Positions 20,276 to 34,184 are shown, numbered from the stretch's first letter. The stretch: DNA of 64,000 bases from an uncultured cyanobacterium (GCA_963749915.1 CAVVOP010000005.1:160001-224000); one strand, 5' to 3'. A program made the numbers and translations. The notes: generated from the letters alone by a model not told the origin.

Positions 20276-22707
20276 TTAATAAGGCCACTTCCATTCACGA
20301 ATCTCAAGCTTATCGATGCCTTCGGCGTAAGCGTAGTTGGAGTTTTCAATAATCTGATTCTTCAACCACTCTCTAACATGGCTTCCTGCCACTTGCAGTT
20401 TACGAACGCGGTCGATAACGTCGATGGCCAAGTTAAAGCGGTCAATCTGATTGCGCATCGCTAACTCCAGGGGCGTGTTGATGTTGCCATGCTCCTTGTA
20501 GCCCCGCACGTGGATGCGTTGCTGGTTGCTGCGGCGATAGGTTAGCTTGTGAATCAGCCAGGGATAGGCGTGGAAGTTGAAGACCACGGGTTTATCAGGA
20601 GTAAACAGGCTGTCGAACTCCAGATTGGTTAGTCCGTGGGGATGTTCTTCTGCCGGGGCCAACTTGAACAAATCGACGACGTTGACAAAACGCACCTTGA
20701 GATCGGGGAAATGCTCTCGCAGGATCGCCGTGGCTGCTAGTGCTTCCATTGTGGGACAGTCCCCTGCCGTTGCTATCACCACATCTGGCTCGTAGCCAGC
20801 ATCAGTGCTGGCCCAATCCCAGATGCCAATGCCCTTAGTACAGTGGGCGATCGCCGCTTCTTTATCTAGATATTGTAAGTGCTCGTGTTTGTCCGAGACA
20901 ATCACGTTGACTTTGTTCTTACTGCGCAAACAACTGATCGGCTACTGCCAGCAGGCAGTTGACATCTGGGGGCAGATAGATGCGAGTTACTGAGGGACTC
21001 TTGTTAGCAACTACGTCCAGGAAACCGGGATCTTGGTGGGTAAAGCCATTGTGATCTTGCCGCCACACCGTTGCAGTAATCAGTAGGTTTATGGAGGGAA
21101 CGGGAGCCCGCCAAGATAGTTCCTCGCATTTTTCCAGCCACTTGCAGTGCTGGTTGACCATGGAGTCAACGACATGAATGAAGGACTCGTAGGAGGCAAA
21201 GAAGGTGTGCCGTCCGGTGAGGACGTAACCTTCCGTCCACCCTTCTATAGTGTGTTCACTGAGCATTTCCATTACCCGACCGTTGGGAGCCAGTTCGCCG
21301 CCGTCTGCATCTTCTGGTAAATACTCCGCCAACCAAGTCTTCTTGCTGACTTCATAGATGTCATCTAGCTTATTGGAGGTGGTTTCATCGGGACCAAAGA
21401 CGCGGAAATTGGTCATGTTTTTCTTCATCACGTCTCGCAGGAATTTACCCAGAGAACGGACATTTTCCACCTCTACCTGTCCGGGCCGTTCCATTTCCAC
21501 TCCATATTCCCAAAAGTCAGGCATTAGTAAGTCTTTAGCAGAGGAGTCCCCCATTGGCGTGAGGGTTCGCACTCATGCGGCGGTGGCCCGTCGGAGCGAG
21601 TTCCTTCAGTGAAGGAATCAGCTTGCCGGTCTTGTCAAACAACTCTTCCGGCTTGTAGCTTTTCAGCCAGGACTCCAAAGCCTGCAAGTGAGCCGGATTG
21701 GTTTTAACCCCATCCATCGGAATTTGGTGCGCCCGCCAGAACCCTTCAACTTTATGTCCGTCCACCTCCTTCGGCCCCGTCCAACCTTTGGGAGTGCGTA
21801 GGATAATCATGGGGAAACGGCACAATTTGGCGATCCCAGTGCTGCGGGCTTCCTGTTGAAGGCGGTGAATTTCTTCAACGCAGTGGTCTAGGGTAGCAGC
21901 CATGGCCTGGTGCATGCTGGGCAGGTCAGAACCCTCAACGAAATAGGGCTGGTAGCCATAGCCTAAGAACAAGTGCTCCAAGTCCGCATGGCTAATGCGA
22001 GAGAGGATGGTGGGGTTGTTGATCTTATAGCCGTTTAGGTTCAGAATGGGCAGGACTGCTCCGTCGGTGATGGGGTTGAGGAACTTGTTGGAATGCCAAG
22101 AGGTAGCCAAAGGTCCGGTTTCTGATTCTCCGTCCCCGACGACCACCACACTGAGCAAGTCAGGATTGTCAAACACGGTACCGTAAGCATGGGAGATGCT
22201 ATAGCCTAGTTCCCCGCCTTCATGGATAGAACCCGGGGTTTCGGGGGTACAATGGCTGCCGATGCCACCGGGAAAGGAAAATTGCTTGAAGAACTTCTTC
22301 ATGCCCTCTTCGTCTTCGCCCTTGTCGGGATAGACTTCTGAGTAGGTTCCTTCTAGATAGCAGGGAGCGATTACGCCGGGGGCACCGTGACCAGGGCCGC
22401 TGAGATAGATGGTATTGAGGTCATACTTTTTTATAATCCGGTTCAAATGCACCCAGATAAAGCCTTGAACGGCACTAGAACCCCAATGTCCCAACAGTCG
22501 ATTTTTAATGTGTTCTGGTTTCAGGGGTGCTTTGAGTAGCGGGTTGTCTCGCAGGTAGAGCATTCCCACCATGAGATAATGGGCGGCTCGCAAGTAGGCA
22601 TCGATTTTGTTAACTTCTTCATTGCTCAGGGGTGTCCCTTGAACAGTCGAACGGGCAATGCCATAACAACTGATGCTGTCTGTAGTTTTTTCGGGTTTAG
22701 TTATCAT
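20276..22707 (-). pseudogene. xfp: Phosphoketolase (XFP family) split into three ORFs by two apparent +1 frameshifts (~21537 and ~20930)
   Basis: [70 protein letters not shown]. Confidence 0.9.
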
Positions 22708-22878
22708 GATCGATTTTCTCTAATTTAATATAGTCTTGACTCCTAATGGGACTGAGGCAAGCGATCGCCCCGTCCCCTGGTAGAGAGCTGACCTCACAGG
22801 TGTATGTTTTTAATTAGGTCTGCCATAGTATTTTTCCTGGTTGAGTTAAAGGTTCGCTCTGATATTCTGAGTTGACAT

Positions 22879-24300
22879 TCAGGAAATTGTCTGAATGTCG
22901 AGAAAGCTTGTGCTACCGGCTTGTCTCAAAGGCAGGCCGCCGAGAATCAAAACTGAATCTCCCCTAGTAGCAAAGTTTCGCTGTTTTAAGGTGGCTTCCA
23001 TCTTCGCCATCAATTTCTCCAGAGAGGGATGCTCGTCGTAGGCAAATAAAATCGGGCGCACTCCCCAGACGAGATTGAGGCGGTGATAGACCGACTGGTG
23101 GGGAGTCAAAGCCACCACCGGAACACGAGGCCGTTCGGCAGCAGCTAATTTAGCTGAATGACCCGTTTCCGTAAACGCCACGATACATTGCAGGTCGAGA
23201 ACCTTGTCCACCACATTGAGGGCCTCGGCTAAGGCATGGGATTTATCCCGGCGGCGCGGCGGGTAATTGATAAAATTAATCTCTGGTTCAACATCCGTAG
23301 CGATGGCGGCGAGCATTTTCACCGCCTGTACGGGGAAATCTCCCACGGCCGCTTCTTCCGAGAGCATCACGGCATCGGTCCCATCGATAATGGCATTGGC
23401 CACGTCACTGGCTTCCGCACGGGTGGGACGGGGGTTGTGAACCATACTTTCGAGCATCTGAGTCGCCGTAATGACGGGAACTCCCTTCTGGTTACACAGC
23501 CTGATGATCTGTTTCTGGATCTTGGGGACTTTTTGGGGGCGGATTTCCACCCCTAAATCTCCCCGCGCCACCATGATGGCATCGCACTCATCCACAATGG
23601 CTTCGATCTTCTCGACGGCTTGGGGCTTTTCAATTTTAGCCAGGACGGGAACCTTGGCGCCTCTTTGAGCGATGAAGGCCTTGAGTTCCTGAATATCCTC
23701 TGGTTTGCGGACGAAGCTCAGGGAAATGATGTCAACCCCTTGGTCAAGTCCAAATTCCAGATCCTTTTTATCTTTCTCGGTCATGGAAGGCAGCCGCAGG
23801 TTGAGGGTAGGGAAGTTAACCCCCTTGTGACTGGTGAGAAGGCCCCCCTCCACCACTTGGCAAATGACTTCTTTCCCCTTGACTTGCTCCACTTTCAATT
23901 CCAACAAGCCATCGGCCAGCAGCACTTGGGTACCCGGTTCGGCTTCTTCGGCAACATAGGGATAGTCGATGCCGACGGTATTTTCCTGTCCTTTATACTC
24001 CGACAGGGGAACGAGGGTGAGAGAAGCCCCTTCTTTAAGCTCGATCCCTTCAGGGGGCAGTTCCCCGACGCGAATTTTTGGTCCTTGGAGGTCTTGCAAG
24101 ATGGTCAGGGGCAAGTCTAACTCCTCTGACAGGGAACGCAGGGACTTGATGACCCGACCGTGATCTTCGTAGCTGCCGTGGGAGAAATTCAACCGCGCTA
24201 CGTTCATTCCGGCCAGCAGCATCTGGCGCAACATTTCGGGAGAATTACAGGCCGGTCCGATGGTGGCAACGATTTTAGTGCGAAAATTTAACGGTTTCAT
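22879..24300 (-). CDS. pyk: Pyruvate kinase
   Basis: RTKIVATIGPA, ARLNFSHG, DLQGPKIR, AKIEK, MVARGDLG, ATQMLESM, PTRAEASDV. Confidence 0.95.
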   Translation of the reverse strand: MKPLNFRTKIVATIGPACNSPEMLRQMLLAGMNVARLNFSHGSYEDHGRVIKSLRSLSEELDLPLTILQDLQGPKIRVGELPPEGIELKEGASLTLVPLSEYKGQENTVGIDYPYVAEEAEPGTQVLLADGLLELKVEQVKGKEVICQVVEGGLLTSHKGVNFPTLNLRLPSMTEKDKKDLEFGLDQGVDIISLSFVRKPEDIQELKAFIAQRGAKVPVLAKIEKPQAVEKIEAIVDECDAIMVARGDLGVEIRPQKVPKIQKQIIRLCNQKGVPVITATQMLESMVHNPRPTRAEASDVANAIIDGTDAVMLSEEAAVGDFPVQAVKMLAAIATDVEPEINFINYPPRRRDKSHALAEALNVVDKVLDLQCIVAFTETGHSAKLAAAERPRVPVVALTPHQSVYHRLNLVWGVRPILFAYDEHPSLEKLMAKMEATLKQRNFATRGDSVLILGGLPLRQAGSTSFLDIQTIS

Positions 24301-24328
24301 CAGTTTTAGTTTTTCATCAGTTTTAGTT

Positions 24329-25366
<1,038 letters not shown>

Positions 25367-25484
25367 TTACGGTAGTTTACAGTTTAATAATATCTAAAGT
25401 TTTAGATAGCTAGGAAATTAATTCAATGCTTAATTTTTGAATTTTGAATTTCTCTCACCAACCAATTGACTTTTTTCGCCAACC

Positions 25485-27652
<2,168 letters not shown>

Positions 27653-27728
27653 ATCCAATACTTCCCACACCTCCCACACCTGACAAGAGTAGGTTTTTTA
27701 CAAAGGTTATCGGTAAGGGTAATGAGGT

Positions 27729-28271
27729 CTATTGTAACAAGTTACCAGGTATGTTCAAAGCATTTCCTTTTATATCCGCTACCACTATATCCCATTGACC
27801 ATTATTTGCTATTTCAAAAGCTATTTTTTCACCGTTACTGCTAATCATTGGGTTTCTAATTTCGTTTCTTATTTGAGTAATTAAAGGGCGTTTTTGTTGA
27901 GTTGTGCGATCATATAAATATAATCTTGATTTTCCCTGAGTTAAGGCAGTAAAGACTAAATAACGTCCATCCTCTGAGATAGAGGGATTTGAAGCAATCT
28001 CGTCAATGGAATTTAAACCGGGTAAATCAATTAAACGGCGATTTTTGGCGTCAAATAAAAATATATCCTGAGAACCATTGCGATCGGAGACAAACGTAAT
28101 ATATTGTCCGGAAATAGAAGGATTTAATTCTGATGAACGACTATTGAAACTTTTATTATTATCAGAAAAAGGAAAACTTAATAATCGGGGATAATTGCTA
28201 CAACTGGTTAAAAAAAAAGCAGACACCAGAAAATTGATAAGAGGAAATAATTTCACGCTATTTACAAGCAT
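27729..28271 (-). CDS. TolB-like (PD40 repeat) lipoprotein
   Basis: Lipobox LTSC; repeats NPSIS..G.YI.FVSDRNG..DIFL. Confidence 0.8.
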   Translation of the reverse strand: MLVNSVKLFPLINFLVSAFFLTSCSNYPRLLSFPFSDNNKSFNSRSSELNPSISGQYITFVSDRNGSQDIFLFDAKNRRLIDLPGLNSIDEIASNPSISEDGRYLVFTALTQGKSRLYLYDRTTQQKRPLITQIRNEIRNPMISSNGEKIAFEIANNGQWDIVVADIKGNALNIPGNLLQ

Positions 28272-28471
28272 TTAAGCAAAAAGGGGGAATTGGGAGTAGT
28301 TGAATACTACCCCTGACAAAACATCTGTAAACCCAGGGAAATTATAACATGAATTAAAGAGAAAAGGAGTTTTACCAACCACATTCCCCAGATAAAAAAG
28401 GGAAAGAAAAGAAAGGAAATTAACAAGTAATAAATATATATACTTAATGAATTAAGATAAGGAGGAAATGG

Positions 28472-29962
28472 TTATTTATCTTCTTGCCAATTAGCTTTAG
28501 ATTCGGCGGCTTTGAAAGAAGAATTAGCATTATAATCTTGGGGATAAAATAGAATTTCTCCCTGAGTATTTTTACTGTTTTGATTATTTTTATAATCCTC
28601 TCCTTTACGTCTAGCTGCCGTTTTTTCATCGGAGGTTTCTTCCGCAATTACCTCATAAAGAATCGCTAATTTTTCAGTGTGGTTGGCTTTACGCAAGATT
28701 CTCCCTAATCTTTGGATATATTCTCTAGTTGAACCAGTACCAGAGAGGATAATCGCTATTTTAGCGTCTGGGACGTCAACTCCTTCATTAAGTACATGAG
28801 AAGCTGCCAAAATTTTATACTCTCCACTACGATATTTAGCTAAAATTTGATGGCGTTCTTTTACAGGAGTTTGATAAGTAATTGAGGGAATTAAATATTG
28901 TTGAGAAATTCGATAAACTGTAGTATTATCATTGGTAAAAATTAAAATTTTATCAGGATAATGTTTTTCAATTAACTCACTTAACACTTTTAGTTTTGCA
29001 TTAGTACCAGAGGCAATTTCTTTTGATTCTCTATGGGCTAACATTGCTTGTCTGCCTTGATTTGTCCTTGCACTAGCTTTAATGAATAATTGCCAGCCAT
29101 CGAGACTAGAAAGAGAAATATTTGATTGTTTTAGAAAGTTATTTCTAATTTTTATTGCTTGTTCATATCTTCTTTTTTCTTCGATTTCTAAAGAGACTTT
29201 TATAGGAATAACTTGATATTCGGCTAAAGTATTTTTTGATAATTCTTCAGGAGTTTTACGATAAATAACTTTGCCAATTAAACTGTCTAAATAACTATGG
29301 CTTCCGTCGCCTCTTTCGGGAGTCGCCGTCAACCCCAGGCGATAAGGTGCAATGGATTCTTCCGCAATCACCTGAAAAAAATCCGTCGGCAAATGATGAC
29401 ATTCATCGAAAATCAACAACCCATAATGATTTCCTAAAGTCTTGGCATGAATCGCCGCACTATGATAGGTTGCTATTAAAATTGGCGATCGATCATGTGA
29501 ACCGCCCCCTAACAATCCCACTTCAATATTGGGAAAAGCCTGTTCAATTTGTGCATACCACTGGTGCATTAAATCCAAGGTAGGAACTACAATTAAAGTT
29601 GTTCTCGGAGTACAGGCGATCGCCAATTGTGCCAAATAAGTTTTACCAGCCGCCGTTGGTAAGACAACAACACCCTTTCTTTGTTCTGTTTTCCAAGCTT
29701 CTAAGGCTTCTTTTTGATGAGCATAAGGAGTTTTTTGTAGGTTGGACTGAATTTCGAGGGGGAAAAATTCTTTAGCGGAGTCGATAAAATGGATGTTTTC
29801 TTGTTCAAAAGTTTCGATCAGTGAGCGATAATATATAGCAGGAATCCGGAATTTTTCGATTCTATCATCCCATGTCGCAAAATTTATCCATGTTTGCCCC
29901 CTTGGGGGTGGATGTAAAATTAATGTCCCACGATCATAAGTTAATTTACTAGCACGACTCAT
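28472..29962 (-). CDS. Superfamily 2 helicase (XPB/Rad25-like)
   Basis: LPTAAGKT, IFDECHH, LGLTATPER, VLNEGVDVP, QRLGRILR. Confidence 0.9.
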   Translation of the reverse strand: MSRASKLTYDRGTLILHPPPRGQTWINFATWDDRIEKFRIPAIYYRSLIETFEQENIHFIDSAKEFFPLEIQSNLQKTPYAHQKEALEAWKTEQRKGVVVLPTAAGKTYLAQLAIACTPRTTLIVVPTLDLMHQWYAQIEQAFPNIEVGLLGGGSHDRSPILIATYHSAAIHAKTLGNHYGLLIFDECHHLPTDFFQVIAEESIAPYRLGLTATPERGDGSHSYLDSLIGKVIYRKTPEELSKNTLAEYQVIPIKVSLEIEEKRRYEQAIKIRNNFLKQSNISLSSLDGWQLFIKASARTNQGRQAMLAHRESKEIASGTNAKLKVLSELIEKHYPDKILIFTNDNTTVYRISQQYLIPSITYQTPVKERHQILAKYRSGEYKILAASHVLNEGVDVPDAKIAIILSGTGSTREYIQRLGRILRKANHTEKLAILYEVIAEETSDEKTAARRKGEDYKNNQNSKNTQGEILFYPQDYNANSSFKAAESKANWQEDK

Positions 29963-30051
29963 TAATAATTACGGCAAAAAATGTCCCTTTTAATTATATG
30001 TTGAAAAGGAATAATATCGGCGATCGATCTTCAAATAGGAATTTTGATCGT

Positions 30052-30204
30052 TCATTGTACTTGATTTACTAATTTCCGATAAAGTCTATTATTAATGATT
30101 CGGTATCCGATAGTAAACTTATGGGTTTTTGGTAGTCTCTCAATTATTGGTACATACCATTTTATCAAGTCATAGGTCTTTTGGATTACAGATAATTCTT
30201 TCAT
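30052..30204 (-). pseudogene. avd: Diversity-generating retroelement accessory protein Avd, truncated
   Basis: MKELSVIQKTYDLIKWYVPIIERLPKTHKFTIGYRIIN resembles the N-terminus of cyanobacterial Avd; only ~50 codons remain. Confidence 0.8.
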
Positions 30205-30270
30205 GAAAATCTCATAACTAACTATAACAAATATATAAGAAAATACAAGAGGGAAATACAAGACAAAGGG

Positions 30271-30420
30271 CTATGAAGTTCTCCCGAAAATAGACATAAC
30301 ACGAAAACCGAGGTCGTATGTCGTTGAAGCTGTCACGGTTGTTGAAGCCACGGTAAGCACAACGGCAGTAATGCGGTAGGTCGAGCCATAAACTACTACG
30401 TATTACAGAAAGATAACTAC
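30271..30420 (-). pseudogene. DGR variable region: C-terminal remnant of an FGE-sulfatase/CLec-fold target gene
   Basis: SVIRSSLWLDLPHYCRCAYRGFNNRDSFND /fs/ YDLGFRVMSIFGRTS*, a degenerate RGGSW...CR.A.R...GFRV motif, directly upstream of avd. Confidence 0.75.
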
Positions 30421-30574
30421 TTCTGGCATTGGTTTAAATTTCGTGAAATGCTCTTCTTACTCAAAGATTATACCTTACAGATAATCCCGATAAAAATAAC
30501 ATAAGAAAGATTCGAAGCCTTATTAAACTTCCAAATTATGATAATTTAATTGTTAAAGTGATTATTAAAATATT

Positions 30575-31900
30575 ATGATTGACTATCAATTAGTATTAAA
30601 AGAATTAGATAATATTAAAACTATTCAAGATCCACAACAAGTTAAAAAACTTTCCCTTGATTATTATTATTTTAGTCCTATTTTAACTCCAATTTTACGG
30701 GATAAAAAAGCGGATTTAGTGGTTATTCCTACCACCGAAGAAGAAGTTTTAAAAGTGGCTCAAATTTGTGTTAAATATCAAATACCTTTAACCGTTAGAG
30801 GTGCAGGTACAGGTAATTATGGGCAATGTATTCCTCTTAATGGTGGCATTGTTTTAGACATGAGTGAAATGAAGAAAATTCACTGGATAAAATCAGGAGT
30901 TGCTTGTGTTGAATCAGGGATCAAAATGAGTTTATTAGAAAGGGAAACAAAAAAACAAGGTTGGGAATTACGCATGATTCCTTCGACTTATAAAATAGCA
31001 ACTTTAGGAGGATTTATTGGCGGTGGCAGTGGTGGTATTGGCTCAATAAATTATGGACAATTAAGAGATAGAGGAAACTTAAATAAAGTTCGAGTTGTTA
31101 CCTTAGAAAAAGAACCAAAAATCATCGAATTAAAAGGAGATGAAACTCAACAAATTAACCATGCTTATGGCACAAATGGCATTATTACTCAATTAGAAAT
31201 TCCCCTCGCTCCAAGTTATAATTGGGTTGATATTATCGTTACTTTTGACGACTTTATTACCAGTACAAAATTTGGTCAAGCCCTAGGGGATAGTGATGGC
31301 ATTATCAAAAAATTAATTAGTATTCATGCTCATCCTATTTCCAGTTATTTTACCGCCCTTAAATCTTATTTACCTAATGGGGAAAATTGTGCATTATTAA
31401 GCATAGCCGAAAATTCTTTATATCCTTTGCAAGAATTAGTTAATGAATATCAAGGAAAAATTGCTTATCAACAAGATTTATCTAAAGATACCAACCTTAA
31501 TTTAATCGAATTTACTTGGAATCACACCACCTTTCACGCTCGAAATATTGATCCGAATATAACCTATCTACAAACCTTCTTTTTTACCCTAGAGAAAGTT
31601 GAAGAAATGTACAATTATTTTGGTGATGAAGTGATGATGCACTTAGAATTTTTAAGAGTAGGAGGAAAAGCCATTCCTGCCGGTTTACAATTAGTCAAAT
31701 ATTCCACAGAAGAAAGATTAAATGAAATCATCAAATATCACGAAGAAAATGGTGCATTTATCGCTAATCCTCATGCTTATATTTTAGAAGATGGAGGACG
31801 AAAAAACATCGAACCTGAACAACTTAAATTCAAAAAAATGGTTGATCCCTATGGTTTAATGAATCAAGGAAAAATGAAAGCATGGGAAAATAATTATTAG
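30575..31900 (+). CDS. FAD-binding oxidoreductase (GlcD/VAO-type FAD domain)
   Basis: LTVRGAGTGNYGQ, ATLGGFIGGGSGG, HAYGTNGII, DPYGLMNQGK. Confidence 0.85.
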   Translation: MIDYQLVLKELDNIKTIQDPQQVKKLSLDYYYFSPILTPILRDKKADLVVIPTTEEEVLKVAQICVKYQIPLTVRGAGTGNYGQCIPLNGGIVLDMSEMKKIHWIKSGVACVESGIKMSLLERETKKQGWELRMIPSTYKIATLGGFIGGGSGGIGSINYGQLRDRGNLNKVRVVTLEKEPKIIELKGDETQQINHAYGTNGIITQLEIPLAPSYNWVDIIVTFDDFITSTKFGQALGDSDGIIKKLISIHAHPISSYFTALKSYLPNGENCALLSIAENSLYPLQELVNEYQGKIAYQQDLSKDTNLNLIEFTWNHTTFHARNIDPNITYLQTFFFTLEKVEEMYNYFGDEVMMHLEFLRVGGKAIPAGLQLVKYSTEERLNEIIKYHEENGAFIANPHAYILEDGGRKNIEPEQLKFKKMVDPYGLMNQGKMKAWENNY

Positions 31901-32256
31901 ACCTCTTGCAAAATTGAATATCAGTTAAAATTAAGTGTCAAAATTTGTTAATGTAAGCGATCGCTTACTAGAAAAGTATAAGATTTGCTTATGAAATTTA
32001 AAAAAATAGAAAAATTACCACCAAAAAAGTTTAAGAGAAGGTTTGGAGTAACTAAAAAAACCTATGATTTATTAGTAGAAATAGTCAAAATCTGATTTTT
32101 TTTCTATTAATAATTATTTTTTCTTGATTTTTGAGAATAACATAAGTATTTTTTATGCCTTAAGTCCTGATTCAACTAATTTTGACGATTTTTGTAATGG
32201 GCGATCGCCCATTACAATTAGAATAATCATATTCATTTTATTTTTGCAAGAGTTCT
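31899..32256 (+). mobile_element. Internally deleted IS5-family element (MITE-like, ~360 bp)
   Basis: IRs agacctcttgcaaaa / ttttgcaagagttct; transposase start MKFKKIEKLPPKKFKRRFGVTKKTYDLLVEIV at 31991. Confidence 0.75.
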
Positions 32257-32260
32257 ATTA

Positions 32261-33071
32261 CTTGAAGTTGATCCGATTCGTTTTTCAGAACAAGTAGAAG
32301 ATAAACTGGCGGGTTTTGGACGTTTTTTGCAACCGGTTTGGAGTTATCGAGGTATTCTTACTCAGGCATTGCTGATTAACTTTGTTTTGGGGTTACTTTC
32401 CCTTGCTTTACCTTTCGTTATTCAAATTTTGACCGATGATGTTTTAGTGAGAGGCGATCGCACTTTACTAATTCAGATTGTTTTAGCCGTTGTTGTTATG
32501 CAATCTATGGGCAGTGCTTTAGAGTGGATTCAATCAACTTTAATTGCTCATTTTGCTCAACGTTTAGAATTAGGCTTAGTCCTAGAATTTGGACGAAAAT
32601 TGCTACGTTTACCCCTTACTTATTATGAATCCCATCGTAGCGGAGAAATTATTAGCCGACTGCGAGATATTGAGGATATTAACCAATTAATTGCTCAAGT
32701 TTTAGTAAACCTGCCGAGTCAGTTTTTTGTGATGCTAATCTCTTTGGGGTTGATGTTATTTTATAGCCTTTGTTAGTTTATTAATTTATTTTGTCGATGA
32801 TTTTATTCGGGTTAGTGTAGCGGTGGAAAGATTAGGAGAAGTCATTGATGCCAGCCCAGAAAATCAGGGAGATTTTCAAAAACCTTGGGTCAAGATTTCT
32901 GATCAAGCTGATATTATTTGCCAAGAACTTAATTATCATTATCCCGACCCCTTCCCTTGATCCCATCAGCGAAGCAGAAGTGAAGGATGTGTCAAACAAC
33001 AGGGTTCGTTAACGACATTACGGCAACAAGAAGGGAGTCATTTAGCTTTCTTAAATTCAGAAACTATCTAG
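32261..33071 (+). pseudogene. Peptidase-domain (bacteriocin-type) ABC exporter reduced to joined fragments
   Basis: TM domain piece (LLRLPLTYYESHRSGEIISRLRDI), then AVERLGEVIDASPE...ELNYHYP, then D-loop LDPISEAEV, then C-terminus QQGSLTTLRQQEGSHLAFL. Confidence 0.75.
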
Positions 33072-33500
33072 GGTTTGCTGAATAAAAACTACGATTCTTG
33101 TCTGAACAGCGATTCACCTCTTAATATTAACAAGGTGGTGCAAGGGAAAATGAGTTATAATCGTTGCAACCCTAATAAAATCGTTAGCAGTTATTTGCAC
33201 CTACATTTAGGTTTCTAGTATTCTCTAAAAACTACTATTTGATTCATCAATGATGGTACATTTTAGAAAAAGAATAGATAGTGAAATAATTGACAAAATG
33301 AATGAAAGAATAGTATTAGAAGAACTAAAAAAAAAGAAGGAATAGACATAGGAAAAAAACCAGGAACATCTAGAGAAATAGCTCGAAAAGAATATTTAAA
33401 AGTAGCAAAGAAAAAGAAGCCAAGAAAGGAAGAAAGAGAAGAGGGAATTAAAATTCAATTAAAATATATTGAGAGAAATTTAAAAAGTATAGAAAAATAT
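33071..33500 (+). mobile_element. IS5-family transposase remnant
   Basis: Terminus-like gggtttgctgaataaa, then fragment REIARKEYLKVAKKKKPRKEEREEGIKIQLKYIERNL. Confidence 0.65.
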
Positions 33501-33581
33501 TATCAATATCAGCAGGTATTGCTGATGTTTTTGTGTCTATTTTCAGAAATAAAATATATTTGGGGGCGATCGCCTTGAATC

Positions 33582-34184
33582 TTACCAAGTTTTCGGTTGA
33601 AAATCAGTATCATTGACAATAGCGATACTTTCTCCCGATTGTGCCAAGACAAATAAACCTTGACGATAAGCATACTTGTCAGCACCTTGTTCTATTTCTA
33701 TTCCTGCCACTGCACCATATAATTGTTTTTGCTTATATTCAGGGAAAAATTGTCTAAATTTCTCTAAATCGGCGATTAATTCTTTGACATCGTCCACACC
33801 TAAATTACTCTTAACTTCCACCACTAAAACATGATTTTCATTTGTCACCAAAACATCTATTTCTATGGTTTTACCATTTAATTTTTTTTTTACCCGTTGA
33901 CTAACTTGATGTACAGGAATACCACGATTTAAAAATAAAGTTTCACAAGCAGGTGCTACCATATTTTCGACAAAACGCCCCCATTTACCTCCAAGATTGC
34001 CAATATCTCGGCTAACTCGTTGAACTTCTTTGCTAACTTGCTCAACTTCTTGACTAACTCGCTCAACTTCTTTGCCAACTTGTTGAATGAGGAGATCGGT
34101 TTCTTGAAAACGTCTCTCAGTTTCTTTTTGGGCTTTGACTAATTCAGCCAATAATTGCCAGACTTCATCAGCCGTTGTGGTCAT
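33582..34184 (-). CDS. DUF3782-like coiled-coil plus PD-(D/E)XK nuclease-like protein
   Basis: Heptad repeats EVERVSQ/EVEQVSK/EVQRVSR, LGGKWGRFVE, EIDVL...VVEVKS, YGAVAG, AYRQGLFV. Confidence 0.8.
   Translation of the reverse strand: MTTTADEVWQLLAELVKAQKETERRFQETDLLIQQVGKEVERVSQEVEQVSKEVQRVSRDIGNLGGKWGRFVENMVAPACETLFLNRGIPVHQVSQRVKKKLNGKTIEIDVLVTNENHVLVVEVKSNLGVDDVKELIADLEKFRQFFPEYKQKQLYGAVAGIEIEQGADKYAYRQGLFVLAQSGESIAIVNDTDFQPKTW

Noticed and set aside
15897..22707. Programmed frameshifting in pgi and xfp
   Set aside because: No clear slippery sites at the shifts, and a similar indel in ispG favours sequencing error or decay
30052..30261. 69-aa ORF starting at 30261
   Set aside because: The upstream codons are spacer; the Avd-like sequence starts at ATG 30204
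30271..30420. Reading this segment as the DGR template repeat
   Set aside because: It ends in a stop codon like a target gene, and most AAC-type positions are already substituted, which fits a variable region
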